Source: an uncultured Candidatus Saccharibacteria bacterium | Lineage (GTDB): Bacteria > Patescibacteriota > Minisyncoccia > Minisyncoccales > GWA2-38-27 | Reading direction: 5' to 3' | NCBI GenBank assembly: GCA_964394985.1 | Contig: CAYMZK010000004.1 | Coordinates: forward strand, 12,746-76,745 | DNA: 64,000 nt | Shown here: in pieces, positions 17,111-25,467 of the stretch | Position numbering within the stretch: the stretch's first letter is position 1 | How the letters are laid out: each line of letters starts with the position of its first letter | Made by a program: the position numbers and the translations under genes | The notes under the pieces: model-generated | What the model was told of the DNA's origin: nothing | Databases searched by the model: none | The model's input: only the letters and a program-made list of their open reading frames with translations

Positions 17111-18172
17111 ATGAAAGATTTAGAATTTCCATTATTTAAAACAAGAGTAGAAGATTCTCCTAATTTTGATTTAACCGACCCTGATCAACGTCGAGCTTAT
17201 TTTGAATTAAAAGCTGGAGATGAAATTAAGAAAATAAAAGAATATTTAGAAAGCAATAGTTTTATTGCTTACTTTTTAGGCAAGAAGAACTCTGGGAAAG
17301 GAACTTATGCTAAGATGTTTCGAGAGATCTTCGGGCAAGACAAAATTGCTCATATTTCTATTGGAGATATGGTCAGAGGAGTAGACAAAGAATTACAAGA
17401 TCCAGAGAAAAAAGAAGAATTAGTAAAATTCTTAGAAGAGAATTATAGGGGGTTTGATCCTTTAGATAAAATCATTGAATCTTTAGAAAGCAGAAGCACA
17501 TCTAAATTATTATCTTCTGAATTGATTTTAGCTTTGGCTAAAAGAGAAATTTCTCGATTGGGCAAGAAATCTATTTTTATTGATGGGTTTCCAAGAGACC
17601 TAGATCAAATTTCTTATTCTCTTTTTTTTAGAGATTTGGTTGATTATAGGCAAGATCCAGACATTTTAGTTTTAATTGATGTCCCAGAGCCAGTAATTGA
17701 TGAAAGAATAAAGCATCGAGTTATTTGTCCTTTGTGTAACACTTCTAGAAGTTTAAAGCTTTTACCAACTAGAAAGGTAGAGCATGAAGATGATAAATTC
17801 TATTTATTTTGTGATAGTTCTGAATGTACTGGATCTAGAATGGTTCCCAAAGAAGGAGATGAGTTGGGAATAGAGCCAATTAAAGATAGATTGGCTTTAG
17901 ACGAGAAGTTAATTAAAAGAGCTTTTTCTCTTTATGGTATTCCCAAAGTTCTATTAAGAAACTCTGTTCCTAAAGACAAGGCCGATGAATTGTTAAATGA
18001 TTATGAGATTACTCCAGAATATGATTATGAATTGCAAGACAATGGAGAAATTAAGATAATTGAAAAGCCTTGGGAGGTTCCAGATGATAATGGTGTTGCT
18101 AGTTATAGTTTAATGCCACCTCCAGTAGTCGTTTCTTTGATCAAACAACTTGCCGAAAGTCTTGGTTTATAG
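17111..18172 (+). CDS. atypical long adenylate-kinase-like NMP kinase (353 aa)
   Basis: P-loop GKKNSGKGT, ISIGDMVR, IDGFPRDLDQ and LID-like RVICPLCN. Carries about 55 aa N-terminal and about 100 aa C-terminal extensions. Confidence 0.6.
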   Translation: MKDLEFPLFKTRVEDSPNFDLTDPDQRRAYFELKAGDEIKKIKEYLESNSFIAYFLGKKNSGKGTYAKMFREIFGQDKIAHISIGDMVRGVDKELQDPEKKEELVKFLEENYRGFDPLDKIIESLESRSTSKLLSSELILALAKREISRLGKKSIFIDGFPRDLDQISYSLFFRDLVDYRQDPDILVLIDVPEPVIDERIKHRVICPLCNTSRSLKLLPTRKVEHEDDKFYLFCDSSECTGSRMVPKEGDELGIEPIKDRLALDEKLIKRAFSLYGIPKVLLRNSVPKDKADELLNDYEITPEYDYELQDNGEIKIIEKPWEVPDDNGVASYSLMPPPVVVSLIKQLAESLGL

Positions 18173-18318
18173 CACTTCGTGAGCTTATAATGTCTTAAAT
18201 TTTATATGTTTTGAGCTTTATTTCGAGTTCGAGGCACAGTATGTGATTTTTATCTTATTTATTTAATAAGAATAATTTCTTAATCTTAATTCTTACTTTG
18301 TTTTTTCTAAATATTCTG

Positions 18319-18628
18319 TCTAGGTTCAGATACATATGATACGCTCGCTCAGTTAATGTAATTAGGTTGCTCGGCTTGGCCGAGCAACCTAACGAGGAGC
18401 GTCTAGGTTCAGATAGATATTACACATCTGATTTTGTCCGATTGACCGGTCAATGGGACTATTTTTAGTATGAAGGTAGTATGAAGGTTGAACCTTCATA
18501 TATTGTGTTTTCATTGTTGTGCTCCACCTGGTGGAGCACAATGCTCCACCAGGTGGAGCACAATCGGGCGGAGCACTATGTTTTTCAAGGGGTTAGGTGT
18601 ATCATATCATATGGACCAGTACAAGCAC
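18319..18628 (+). repeat. modular multi-hairpin intergenic element, long copy (type B)
   Basis: Shares its ends and several modules with 57297-57470. Contains a 14-bp stem at 18362-18392, palindrome ATTGACCGGTCAAT at 18441-18454, hairpin ATGAAGGT-TGA-ACCTTCAT and tandem GTGCTCCACC/GGTGGAGCAC palindromes. Confidence 0.85.
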
Positions 18629-18656
18629 TTGACATGGGGGTATAATTTGCTATAAT
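18629..18656 (+). promoter_or_regulatory. sigma70-like promoter (TTGACA-16-TATAAT)
   Basis: TTGACA at 18629-18634 and TATAAT at 18651-18656. Homologous in position to the tRNA-operon promoter at 57471-57499. Confidence 0.7.
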
Positions 18657-18756
18657 GGAGGCAATAGGTAGATAATCTGTATAAACTACGGGTTATGCTC
18701 TACGTGTCAATCAAAAAGGTCCTTTTCGGGATCTTTTTGTTTTGATATAATTAACT

Positions 18757-18843
18757 CGTGGACTCGGGCTCGTAGTTTTATGTAGTTAAAATTCTACCTT
18801 TGACACGTAGAGTAACGGGTGCAAATCCCGTCGAGTCCACGCA
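18757..18843 (+). ncRNA. tRNA-like structured RNA element (non-canonical)
   Basis: 10-bp perfect helix CGTGGACTCG (18757-18766) / CGAGTCCACG (18832-18841). It directly abuts a T-arm-like hairpin ACGGG-TGCAAAT-CCCGT (18815-18831). The D and anticodon regions do not fit a cloverleaf. Confidence 0.4.
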
Positions 18844-18852
18844 CGCACCTAA

Positions 18853-18882
18853 TTGACATTGCTTCGAGTATGGAGTTATAAT
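18853..18882 (+). promoter_or_regulatory. sigma70-like promoter (TTGACA-18-TATAAT)
   Basis: TTGACA at 18853-18858 and TATAAT at 18877-18882. Confidence 0.55.
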
Positions 18883-18885
18883 GAA

Positions 18886-19034
18886 AGTGGACCCTGTGGT
18901 TGTTTGTTAATTCTGGACTATATAGATATATAGGGAATTCCATATAGGCACTTGCCTTGGTAAGTGCTTGCGAAATCCCACTTGGAATTATTTTCCTTAG
19001 AATTTTCAAATATACGCAGGGTTCCGTTTTTTTT
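18886..19034 (+). ncRNA. candidate ~145-nt small RNA with paired 5'/3' ends and U-tract
   Basis: GGACCCTG (18889-18896) pairs with CAGGGTTCC (19017-19025), followed by T8. Internal hairpin GCACTT-N8-AAGTGC. No plausible ORF on this strand. Confidence 0.35.
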
Positions 19035-19043
19035 GTAAAAAAA

Positions 19044-19072
19044 CAATCCCGTTTTATTGGGATTGCTTTTTT
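19044..19072. terminator. bidirectional rho-independent terminator
   Basis: CAATCCC-N8-GGGATTG with an A-run upstream and a T-run downstream. Sits between the sRNA locus (+) and rpmB (-). Confidence 0.75.
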
Positions 19073-19286
19073 ATTTCCCTAGAGCTTTAATACATTTTGC
19101 ACAAGCTTTTACTTTTTGCCCGGCAAATGGTTTGTATTTTGGCTTAGTAATATCTTTAGGGATATATATCCATTGCAGATTAGGATACTTTCTTCTTTTG
19201 ATAGTCGGGTTATATTTTCCCCTTAGTTTTACTCTGTGCCAAACCATCATTGATCCTTTTTTGCAAATTTTACATTCTTTAGTCAT
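19071..19286 (-). CDS. rpmB: 50S ribosomal protein L28 (zinc-ribbon C+ form)
   Basis: KRRKYPNLQ matches the L28 core KRRFLPNLQ. CKIC...CAKC cysteines. The overlapping plus-strand ORF 19057-19314 is spurious. Confidence 0.8.
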   Translation of the reverse strand: MTKECKICKKGSMMVWHRVKLRGKYNPTIKRRKYPNLQWIYIPKDITKPKYKPFAGQKVKACAKCIKALGK

Positions 19287-19369
19287 AATTGATTTTAAAT
19301 TAAAGGTTGTATGATTATCCTAACAGATTATTTTAATTTTGGCAAGACTATGGTATAATTCAAGCAGTT

Positions 19370-19996
19370 ATGGAAATACTTTTTGTAGTCATCATTTTAA
19401 TACTTTCAGTTATTATCCATGAAGTTTCTCACGGAGGAGTGGCTTATTATTTAGGAGACCCAACGGCTAAATATGCTGGTCGTCTTACTTTAAACCCTTT
19501 AAAGCACTTAGATCCAATCGGTTCGGTGATTGTTCCCTTGTTTCTAGTTGTTATGTCTCAATTAGGTGGAGGAGGGATTATCTTTGGTTGGGCTAAGCCG
19601 GTACCAATTAATCCGTACAACTTTAGAGATCAAAAATATGGCTCTTTAAAGGTGGCTTTAGCTGGCCCTTTATCTAATTTGGCAGTAGCTTTAGTTTTTG
19701 GTCTTATTTTAAGATTTGTTCCTCAAGTTACAGCGATTAATGGAGCAATTGTAATATTATCTTATATTGTTTATATAAATATATTGTTGGCTATTTTTAA
19801 CCTTATTCCAGTTCCACCACTAGATGGATCACATATCCTATTTTCTCTTTTACCTCATCAAGCTAGACAAGTAGAAAGATTTCTTCGACAGTATGGAATA
19901 TTTATTCTTCTTTTAATTATCTTTTTTGCTTTCCCTTTTTTGATTAGGATTATAAGTAGTATTTTTAGTTTAATCACTGGCTTCCCTCTTTTCTAA
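19370..19996 (+). CDS. M50-family (site-2 protease-like) membrane metalloprotease
   Basis: HEVSHG zinc motif and NLIPVPPLDGSH. Multi-TM. Confidence 0.8.
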   Translation: MEILFVVIILILSVIIHEVSHGGVAYYLGDPTAKYAGRLTLNPLKHLDPIGSVIVPLFLVVMSQLGGGGIIFGWAKPVPINPYNFRDQKYGSLKVALAGPLSNLAVALVFGLILRFVPQVTAINGAIVILSYIVYINILLAIFNLIPVPPLDGSHILFSLLPHQARQVERFLRQYGIFILLLIIFFAFPFLIRIISSIFSLITGFPLF

Positions 19997-20025
19997 TTTA
20001 CGAATTGCAGGGTGCTTCGCGGTGG

Positions 20026-20054
20026 TTGACATTAGTTTTGTTATTTGCTAAACT
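20026..20054 (+). promoter_or_regulatory. str-operon promoter (TTGACA-17-TAAACT)
   Basis: TTGACA at 20026-20031 and TAAACT at 20049-20054, upstream of rpsL. Confidence 0.55.
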
Positions 20055-20087
20055 TTTTATTAAGCGTATAACGCTAATTTTTTAATT

Positions 20088-20498
20088 ATGCCTACAACAA
20101 GTCAATTAGTTAAAAAACCGAGAAAAAGCAAAAAGAAAAAGAACAAAGCTCCGGCTTTGGCCTTTGGCTTTAACGTATTGAAAAATAGACCAAAGAGATA
20201 TAATTCTCCTTTTAAGAGAGGAGTTTGTTTAAAGGTGTTTACGGTTACTCCTAAAAAACCTAACTCTGCTTTGAGAAAGGTTGCTAGAGTAAGATTGACC
20301 AACGGAATGGAGGTTACAGCCTACATCCCAGGAGAAGGACATAATTTACAAGAGCACTCCGTTGTTCTGTTGAGAGGAGGAAGAGTTAGAGATTTGCCGG
20401 GTGTTAGATACCATGTAGTCAGAGGAGCTTTAGACGCTGGGCCAGTAGATGGCCGAAAACAAGGAAGAAGCAAGTACGGCACCAAGAAACCTAAATAA
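20088..20498 (+). CDS. rpsL: 30S ribosomal protein S12
   Basis: [20 protein letters not shown]...[10 protein letters not shown]...[15 protein letters not shown] ~12-aa insertion lies near the N-terminus. Confidence 0.97.
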   Translation: MPTTSQLVKKPRKSKKKKNKAPALAFGFNVLKNRPKRYNSPFKRGVCLKVFTVTPKKPNSALRKVARVRLTNGMEVTAYIPGEGHNLQEHSVVLLRGGRVRDLPGVRYHVVRGALDAGPVDGRKQGRSKYGTKKPK

Positions 20499-20499
20499 T

Positions 20500-20961
20500 A
20501 TGAGTAAATATAAGAAACATCCAGTAACTCCAGATCCAAAATATGATAGTGAAGCAGTAGCTAAACTAGTTAATCATATAATGGAAAGAGGTAAAAAAAC
20601 AGTAGCCAGAAAGATAGTTTATGGCGCTTTTGATATTATTGAGAATAAAACTAAAAAAGACCCAATAGAAGTTTTTGAAACAGCTTTAGAGAATACTTCA
20701 CCAAAAATTGAGGTAAAGTCTAAAAGGGTTGGAGGAGCTACTTATCAAGTTCCTATGGAGGTAAGAGGATCAAGAAAGATGACTTTAGCAATGAGATGGA
20801 TAATTACTGGAGCTAAGAATAAAAAAGGAAGTCCAATGAGAGAAAGATTAGCCACCGAATTAATGGATGCTGCTAATAATACTGGTTGGGCTATTAAAAA
20901 GAAATCAGATACACATAGAATGGCTGAAGCCAATCGTGCTTTTGCTCATTTTGCGTGGTAA
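20500..20961 (+). CDS. rpsG: 30S ribosomal protein S7
   Basis: [19 protein letters not shown]...[13 protein letters not shown] at 20500 (MSKYKKH) is preferred over the track start inside rpsL. Confidence 0.95.
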   Translation: MSKYKKHPVTPDPKYDSEAVAKLVNHIMERGKKTVARKIVYGAFDIIENKTKKDPIEVFETALENTSPKIEVKSKRVGGATYQVPMEVRGSRKMTLAMRWIITGAKNKKGSPMRERLATELMDAANNTGWAIKKKSDTHRMAEANRAFAHFAW

Positions 20962-20975
20962 TTTAAATAATTTTT

Positions 20976-23096
20976 ATGCCAAGAAAATATCCAATAAAAA
21001 GAGTAAGAGATATTGGGATTATTGCCCATATTGACGCTGGGAAAACAACAGTTTCAGAGCGTGTTTTATTTTATACTGGAATTTCTCACAAAATAGGCGA
21101 AGTTCATGATGGTGGTGCTATTATGGATTGGATGGAACAAGAAAGAGAAAGAGGAATTACTATTACTTCTGCTGCTACTACTTGTTTTTGGGTTCCAAGC
21201 CAGTTCCAAGGAGATAAAGAGCACGAGTATAGAATTAATATTATTGACACCCCTGGTCACATTGACTTTACCGCTGAAGTTCAAAGATCTTTAAGGGTTT
21301 TGGATGGTGCGGTGGTTGTTTTTGATGGAGTGGCTGGCGTAGAACCTCAATCAGAAACTGTTTGGAGGCAAGCAGACAAGTTTAAAGTGCCAAGAATGTG
21401 TTTTATTAACAAATTAGATAGGACAGGAGCTAGTTTTGAGAGGGGTTTCCAGTCAATTTTAGATAAACTTACTCCTAATGCTGTGGCTATGCAGTTACCT
21501 ATTGGACTAGAACAAGAACACAAAGGTGTTATTGACCTATTAAAAATGAAAGCAATTAAGTTTGACGGTGATTTTGGTCAAATTATCAAAGAAGAAGAAA
21601 TTCCGGAAGATTTAAAGGAAGAAGCTAATAAGTGGAGAGATAAAATGATTGAAAAGATTGTTTCAGAAGATAACGAAGCAACGGAGAAGTATTTAAATGG
21701 AGAAGAAGTCTCAGAAGAGAAAATTAAAGAAGTTCTAAGAAAAGCAGTTCTAGATTATAAGTTGGTACCGGTATTTTGCGGTTCAGCTTTAAAGAACAAA
21801 GGAGTTCAGCCAATGTTAGACGCTGTCTGTGATTACTTGCCTAGCCCGATTGACCTACCCCCAATTAAGGGACTTGACCCTAATTTGCCAGCTGGAGAAG
21901 GAGAAGAAACTGAATCAAGAAAAGCTGATGATGATGAGAAGTTTTCTGCTTTAGCTTTTAAAATTGCCACTGATCCTTTTGTGGGATCACTTACCTACTT
22001 CCGTGTTTATTCGGGAACCCTGAAAGCTGGTTCTTATGTTTTAAATCCAAGAACAGGAGACAAAGAAAGAGTTGGAAGAATTGTAAGAATGCACTCAGCT
22101 GAAAGAGAAGAGGTAGACGAGGTTTATGCTGGAGATATTGCTGCTACGGTCGGTCTTAAAAATGTCCGAACTGGTGACACTCTTTGCGATGAATCAGCTC
22201 CTATTATTTTAGAACAAATTACTTTTCCAGATCCAGTTATTGGTATCAGAATTGAACCTAAATCTAAAGCTGATCAAGAAAAGATGGGAATTGCTCTTAG
22301 AAGATTGTCTGACGAAGATCCCACTTTTAGAATTAAGAGTGATTTAGAGACTGGAGAGACTATTATCTCTGGAATGGGAGAGCTTCATTTAGAAGTTTTG
22401 GTTGATAGAATGAAAAGAGAATTTAATGTTGAAGCCTCAGTTGGTCAGCCTCAAGTAGCGTATAAAGAAACCATTAAGGCGGAAGCTCAAGGAGAAGGTA
22501 AATATGTTAAACAGTCCGGAGGTAGAGGGCAGTATGGCCATGCAATGATTAAAATTAAGCCATTAGAGCAGGGCAAGGGTTTTGTTTTTAATGATGAAAT
22601 TAAAGGAGGATCTATTCCAAAAGAATTTATTCCGGCTGTTGAAAAGGGAATTAAAGAAGCTATGGACAAAGGAGTGGTAGCTGGTTATCCAATGGTAGAT
22701 ATTGAAACTACTTTGTATGATGGTTCTTTCCATGAAGTTGATTCTTCTGAAAGCGCTTTTAAAATTGCAGGATCAATGGCCTTTAAGCAAGCCACTAAAT
22801 CTGCTAACGCTATTTTGCTTGAGCCGGTTATGAGATTAGAAGTAATTATTCCTGAAGAGTTTTTTGGAGATATTATTGGAGACTTATCTTCTAGAAGAGG
22901 AAGAGTAGAAAAAACTGATGATCGCCAAAATTTAAAGGTAATTGATGCTTTCATTCCTTTATCTGAAATGTTTGGTTACGCTACTAATTTAAGATCTTTG
23001 ACTGAAGGAAGGGGTAACTTTACTATGGAATTTGATAAGTATGATGAGGTTCCTGGTAATGTAGCTCAAGAGATTATCGAAGGAAAAAGAAAATAA
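20976..23096 (+). CDS. fusA: elongation factor G
   Basis: [29 protein letters not shown] and the full EF-G domain order. Confidence 0.97.
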   Translation: MPRKYPIKRVRDIGIIAHIDAGKTTVSERVLFYTGISHKIGEVHDGGAIMDWMEQERERGITITSAATTCFWVPSQFQGDKEHEYRINIIDTPGHIDFTAEVQRSLRVLDGAVVVFDGVAGVEPQSETVWRQADKFKVPRMCFINKLDRTGASFERGFQSILDKLTPNAVAMQLPIGLEQEHKGVIDLLKMKAIKFDGDFGQIIKEEEIPEDLKEEANKWRDKMIEKIVSEDNEATEKYLNGEEVSEEKIKEVLRKAVLDYKLVPVFCGSALKNKGVQPMLDAVCDYLPSPIDLPPIKGLDPNLPAGEGEETESRKADDDEKFSALAFKIATDPFVGSLTYFRVYSGTLKAGSYVLNPRTGDKERVGRIVRMHSAEREEVDEVYAGDIAATVGLKNVRTGDTLCDESAPIILEQITFPDPVIGIRIEPKSKADQEKMGIALRRLSDEDPTFRIKSDLETGETIISGMGELHLEVLVDRMKREFNVEASVGQPQVAYKETIKAEAQGEGKYVKQSGGRGQYGHAMIKIKPLEQGKGFVFNDEIKGGSIPKEFIPAVEKGIKEAMDKGVVAGYPMVDIETTLYDGSFHEVDSSESAFKIAGSMAFKQATKSANAILLEPVMRLEVIIPEEFFGDIIGDLSSRRGRVEKTDDRQNLKVIDAFIPLSEMFGYATNLRSLTEGRGNFTMEFDKYDEVPGNVAQEIIEGKRK

Positions 23097-23120
23097 CTAT
23101 GACCGGGGTTGACAAATTTA

Positions 23121-23149
23121 TTGATATCAACTAAGATATCTGATATAAT
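23121..23149 (+). promoter_or_regulatory. internal promoter upstream of tuf (TTGATA-17-TATAAT)
   Basis: TTGATA at 23121-23126 and TATAAT at 23144-23149. A second TTGACA lies at 23109-23114. Confidence 0.5.
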
Positions 23150-23186
23150 TAAAAGAAATAATAAGAACTAATAATTTAATAAAAAT

Positions 23187-24386
23187 ATGGCAGAAAAAGC
23201 TAAATTTGAAAGAGGGAAACCTCATGTAAATGTTGGTACTATTGGTCATGTTGACCATGGTAAAACAACTTTAACAGCTGCAATTTTACACTCTTTAGCT
23301 CTAAAGGGTTTAATTTCAGCTGAGAAGGCAGTTGATCAGATTGATTCAGCTCCTGAAGAAAAAGCGAGAGGTCTTACAATTTCTGTTTCTCATCTTGAAT
23401 ATGAGTCAGAAAAAAGACACTATGCTCACATTGACTGTCCTGGACACGCCGATTACATTAAGAATATGATTACCGGTGCTGCTCAAATGGATGGTGCTAT
23501 TTTAGTAGTATCTGGTCCTGATGGACCAATGCCTCAAACTAGAGAACACATTTTGTTAGCTAGACAGGTTGGTATTCCATCAATTGTCGTCTTTTTAAAT
23601 AAGACTGATCAAGTTGATGATCCAGAGATTCTCGAGTTAGTAGAATCTGAAATTAGGGAGTTATTAAACAAATACGAATTCCCTGGAGACGAAACCCCAA
23701 TTATTAAAGGATCAGCTCTTAAAGCTCTAGAAGCAAGCTCTGCTGATGATGAAAATGTTAAGGCAGTTTTAGAATTAATTCAAAAACTAGATGAATTTAT
23801 TCCAGAGCCACAAAGAGATGTTGATAAACCTTTCTTAATGGCCGTTGAGGATGTTTTCTCAATTGAAGGTAGAGGAACCGTTGCTACTGGAAGAATTGAA
23901 AGAGGAGCTATTAACGCTAATGAAGAAGTTGAATTAGTTGGAATTAAAGACACTACTAAAACAACTGCAGTTAGTGTTGAGATGTTTAACAAGATTCTTG
24001 ATAGGGGTGAGGCTGGAGATAATGTTGGCATTCTTTTAAGAGGGACTAAAAAAGAAGATATTGAAAGAGGTCAGGTATTAGCTAAACCAGGATCAGTTAC
24101 TCCTCATACTGAATTTGAAACTGAAATTTATGTTCTTACCAAAGAAGAAGGGGGAAGACATACTCCATTTTTCAAAGGATATAAGCCACAGTTTTACATT
24201 AGAACCACCGATGTAACTGGAGATGTTGAACTTCCTGAAGGAACTGAGATGGTTATGCCTGGCGATACAGTAACCTTAAAAGTTAAACTAATTGTTCCTG
24301 TTGCTTTAGAGGAAAAACAAAGATTTGCTATTAGAGAAGGAGGAAGAACTGTAGGTGCAGGAGTAGTAACAAAAATTATAAAATAA
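23187..24386 (+). CDS. tuf: elongation factor Tu
   Basis: [26 protein letters not shown] and GGRHTPF. Confidence 0.98.
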   Translation: MAEKAKFERGKPHVNVGTIGHVDHGKTTLTAAILHSLALKGLISAEKAVDQIDSAPEEKARGLTISVSHLEYESEKRHYAHIDCPGHADYIKNMITGAAQMDGAILVVSGPDGPMPQTREHILLARQVGIPSIVVFLNKTDQVDDPEILELVESEIRELLNKYEFPGDETPIIKGSALKALEASSADDENVKAVLELIQKLDEFIPEPQRDVDKPFLMAVEDVFSIEGRGTVATGRIERGAINANEEVELVGIKDTTKTTAVSVEMFNKILDRGEAGDNVGILLRGTKKEDIERGQVLAKPGSVTPHTEFETEIYVLTKEEGGRHTPFFKGYKPQFYIRTTDVTGDVELPEGTEMVMPGDTVTLKVKLIVPVALEEKQRFAIREGGRTVGAGVVTKIIK

Positions 24387-24395
24387 GAGAACCAG

Positions 24396-24413
24396 CCCCG
24401 ATTTTTATCGGGG
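24396..24413 (+). other. hairpin CCCCGAT-TTTT-ATCGGGG between tuf and rpsJ
   Basis: 7-bp stem with a 4-nt loop and no clear U-tract. Possible processing or pause site. Confidence 0.4.
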
Positions 24414-24435
24414 TTGATTCGTTAAAAAGTTAACA

Positions 24436-24774
24436 ATGCCGGTCAAGCAGAAAAAAGAAGAGTCTGGGGTTAATCAAAAATTAAGAATTAAACTCAGGGC
24501 TTACGATTACAAAGTAATAGACAATAGTGCTCGACAGATTGTTGAGACTGTTTTAAGATTTGGAGTTCAGGTTTCTGGTCCAGTTCCCTTGCCAACGGAA
24601 ATAAAGAAATACACTGTTAATCGTTCTACTTTTGTTCATAAAGACGCTAGAGAGCAGTTTGAAATGAGAATTCATAAAAGATTAATTGACATTATTAATC
24701 CTAACCCGAATGTAATTGATGCTTTGATGAATTTAACCTTGCCTGCTGGTGTTGACATTGAAATTAAATCGTAG
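24436..24774 (+). CDS. rpsJ: 30S ribosomal protein S10
   Basis: [10 protein letters not shown]...GPVPLPT...[28 protein letters not shown]. Confidence 0.97.
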   Translation: MPVKQKKEESGVNQKLRIKLRAYDYKVIDNSARQIVETVLRFGVQVSGPVPLPTEIKKYTVNRSTFVHKDAREQFEMRIHKRLIDIINPNPNVIDALMNLTLPAGVDIEIKS

Positions 24775-24821
24775 TAGGATACTGCTACAAGCATATATCT
24801 GTCCCAATGGGGCGTATGATA

Positions 24822-24845
24822 TGCCTGCCTGCCGGCAGGCAGGCA
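24822..24845. repeat. perfect 24-nt GC-rich palindrome TGCCTGCCTGCCGGCAGGCAGGCA
   Basis: Read directly. Lies in an unusual 117-nt rpsJ-rplC spacer. Its right arm overlaps a second hairpin, GGCAAATG (24842-24849) / CATTTGCC (24868-24875), which is followed by a T-run. Confidence 0.9.
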
Positions 24846-24891
24846 AATGACACAGTTTGAGGCTGGGCATTTGCCCCAGTTTTTGTTTATT

Positions 24892-25467
24892 ATGAGATTT
24901 ATTTTAGGAAAAAAATTAGAAATGTCACAGATATTTGATGAGAATGGAAAGGTTATACCAGTAACCTTAATTGAAGCTGGTCCTTGTTTTGTCACTCAGA
25001 TAAAGAATAATTCTGTTCAAGTTGGTTTTGAAAGACTAAGAGAGAAAAAAGTAAAAAAACCTCAAAAAGACAAGCCTTACAGATATTTTAAAGAACAAAA
25101 AACAAAAAACACCGATCAATTTAAATTGGGAATGAAAATTACTTTAAATGGATTTAAAGAAGGAGATAAAGTAGTTGTTTCTGGCATAACTAAAGGAAAA
25201 GGATTTCAGGGAGGAGTTAAAAGGCATGGTTTTGCTGGAAGAGACGCTACTCATGGAACCAAGCACGAAGAAAGAACTATAGGTTCTATTGGTTCTGGTT
25301 TTCCTCAAAGAGTTATCAAAGGAAGAAAAATGCCAGGAAGGATGGGTAGTGATAGAGTTTCAATTAAGGGATTGAAAATTGTTAAAATAAAAGATAATAT
25401 AGTAGCTATAAAAGGAGCTATTCCAGGCTATAAAGGAACTTTATTAGAGATAAGAACATGCAAGTAA
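24892..25467 (+). CDS. rplC: 50S ribosomal protein L3
   Basis: MRFILGKKLEMSQIFDENGKVIPVTLIEAGPC...GKGFQGGVKRHGF. ATG at 24892 is preferred; the track start lies inside the structured spacer. Confidence 0.95.
   Translation: MRFILGKKLEMSQIFDENGKVIPVTLIEAGPCFVTQIKNNSVQVGFERLREKKVKKPQKDKPYRYFKEQKTKNTDQFKLGMKITLNGFKEGDKVVVSGITKGKGFQGGVKRHGFAGRDATHGTKHEERTIGSIGSGFPQRVIKGRKMPGRMGSDRVSIKGLKIVKIKDNIVAIKGAIPGYKGTLLEIRTCK

Noticed and set aside
18517-18578. Possible CRISPR-like repeats (GTGCTCCACC...GGTGGAGCAC units)
   Set aside because: Only about 2.5 directly abutting palindromic units are present, with no spacers and no cas genes. This is REP-like rather than CRISPR.
18757-18843. tmRNA (standard or permuted) or tRNA-Sec interpretation of the tRNA-like element
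   Set aside because: There is no G3:U70 pair, no resume codon or tag ORF ending in a hydrophobic ...AA stop, and no pseudoknot series. The order of strands fits neither standard nor permuted ssrA. For tRNA-Sec there is no TCA anticodon, no 6-bp D-stem and no long variable arm. It is left as unclassified.
18794-19009. 71-aa minus-strand ORF in the gene-free locus
   Set aside because: It crosses the tRNA-like helix and a plus-strand promoter, has no SD or promoter, and the region is better explained by structured RNA.
19057-19314. 85-aa plus-strand ORF
   Set aside because: It is fully antisense to rpmB (L28), which has a recognisable family motif. Its hydrophobic low-complexity translation is typical of antisense frames.
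23109-23149. Treating every TTGACA/TATAAT-like pair as a promoter
   Set aside because: In a genome this AT-rich, -10-like hexamers are frequent. Only pairs with 16-18 nt spacing in intergenic DNA were kept, and even those are unverified predictions.
24672-24995. 107-aa minus-strand ORF and the long L3 start at 24847
   Set aside because: Both exist only because the structured rpsJ-rplC spacer is open in those frames. L3 homology begins at MRFILGKK (24892).
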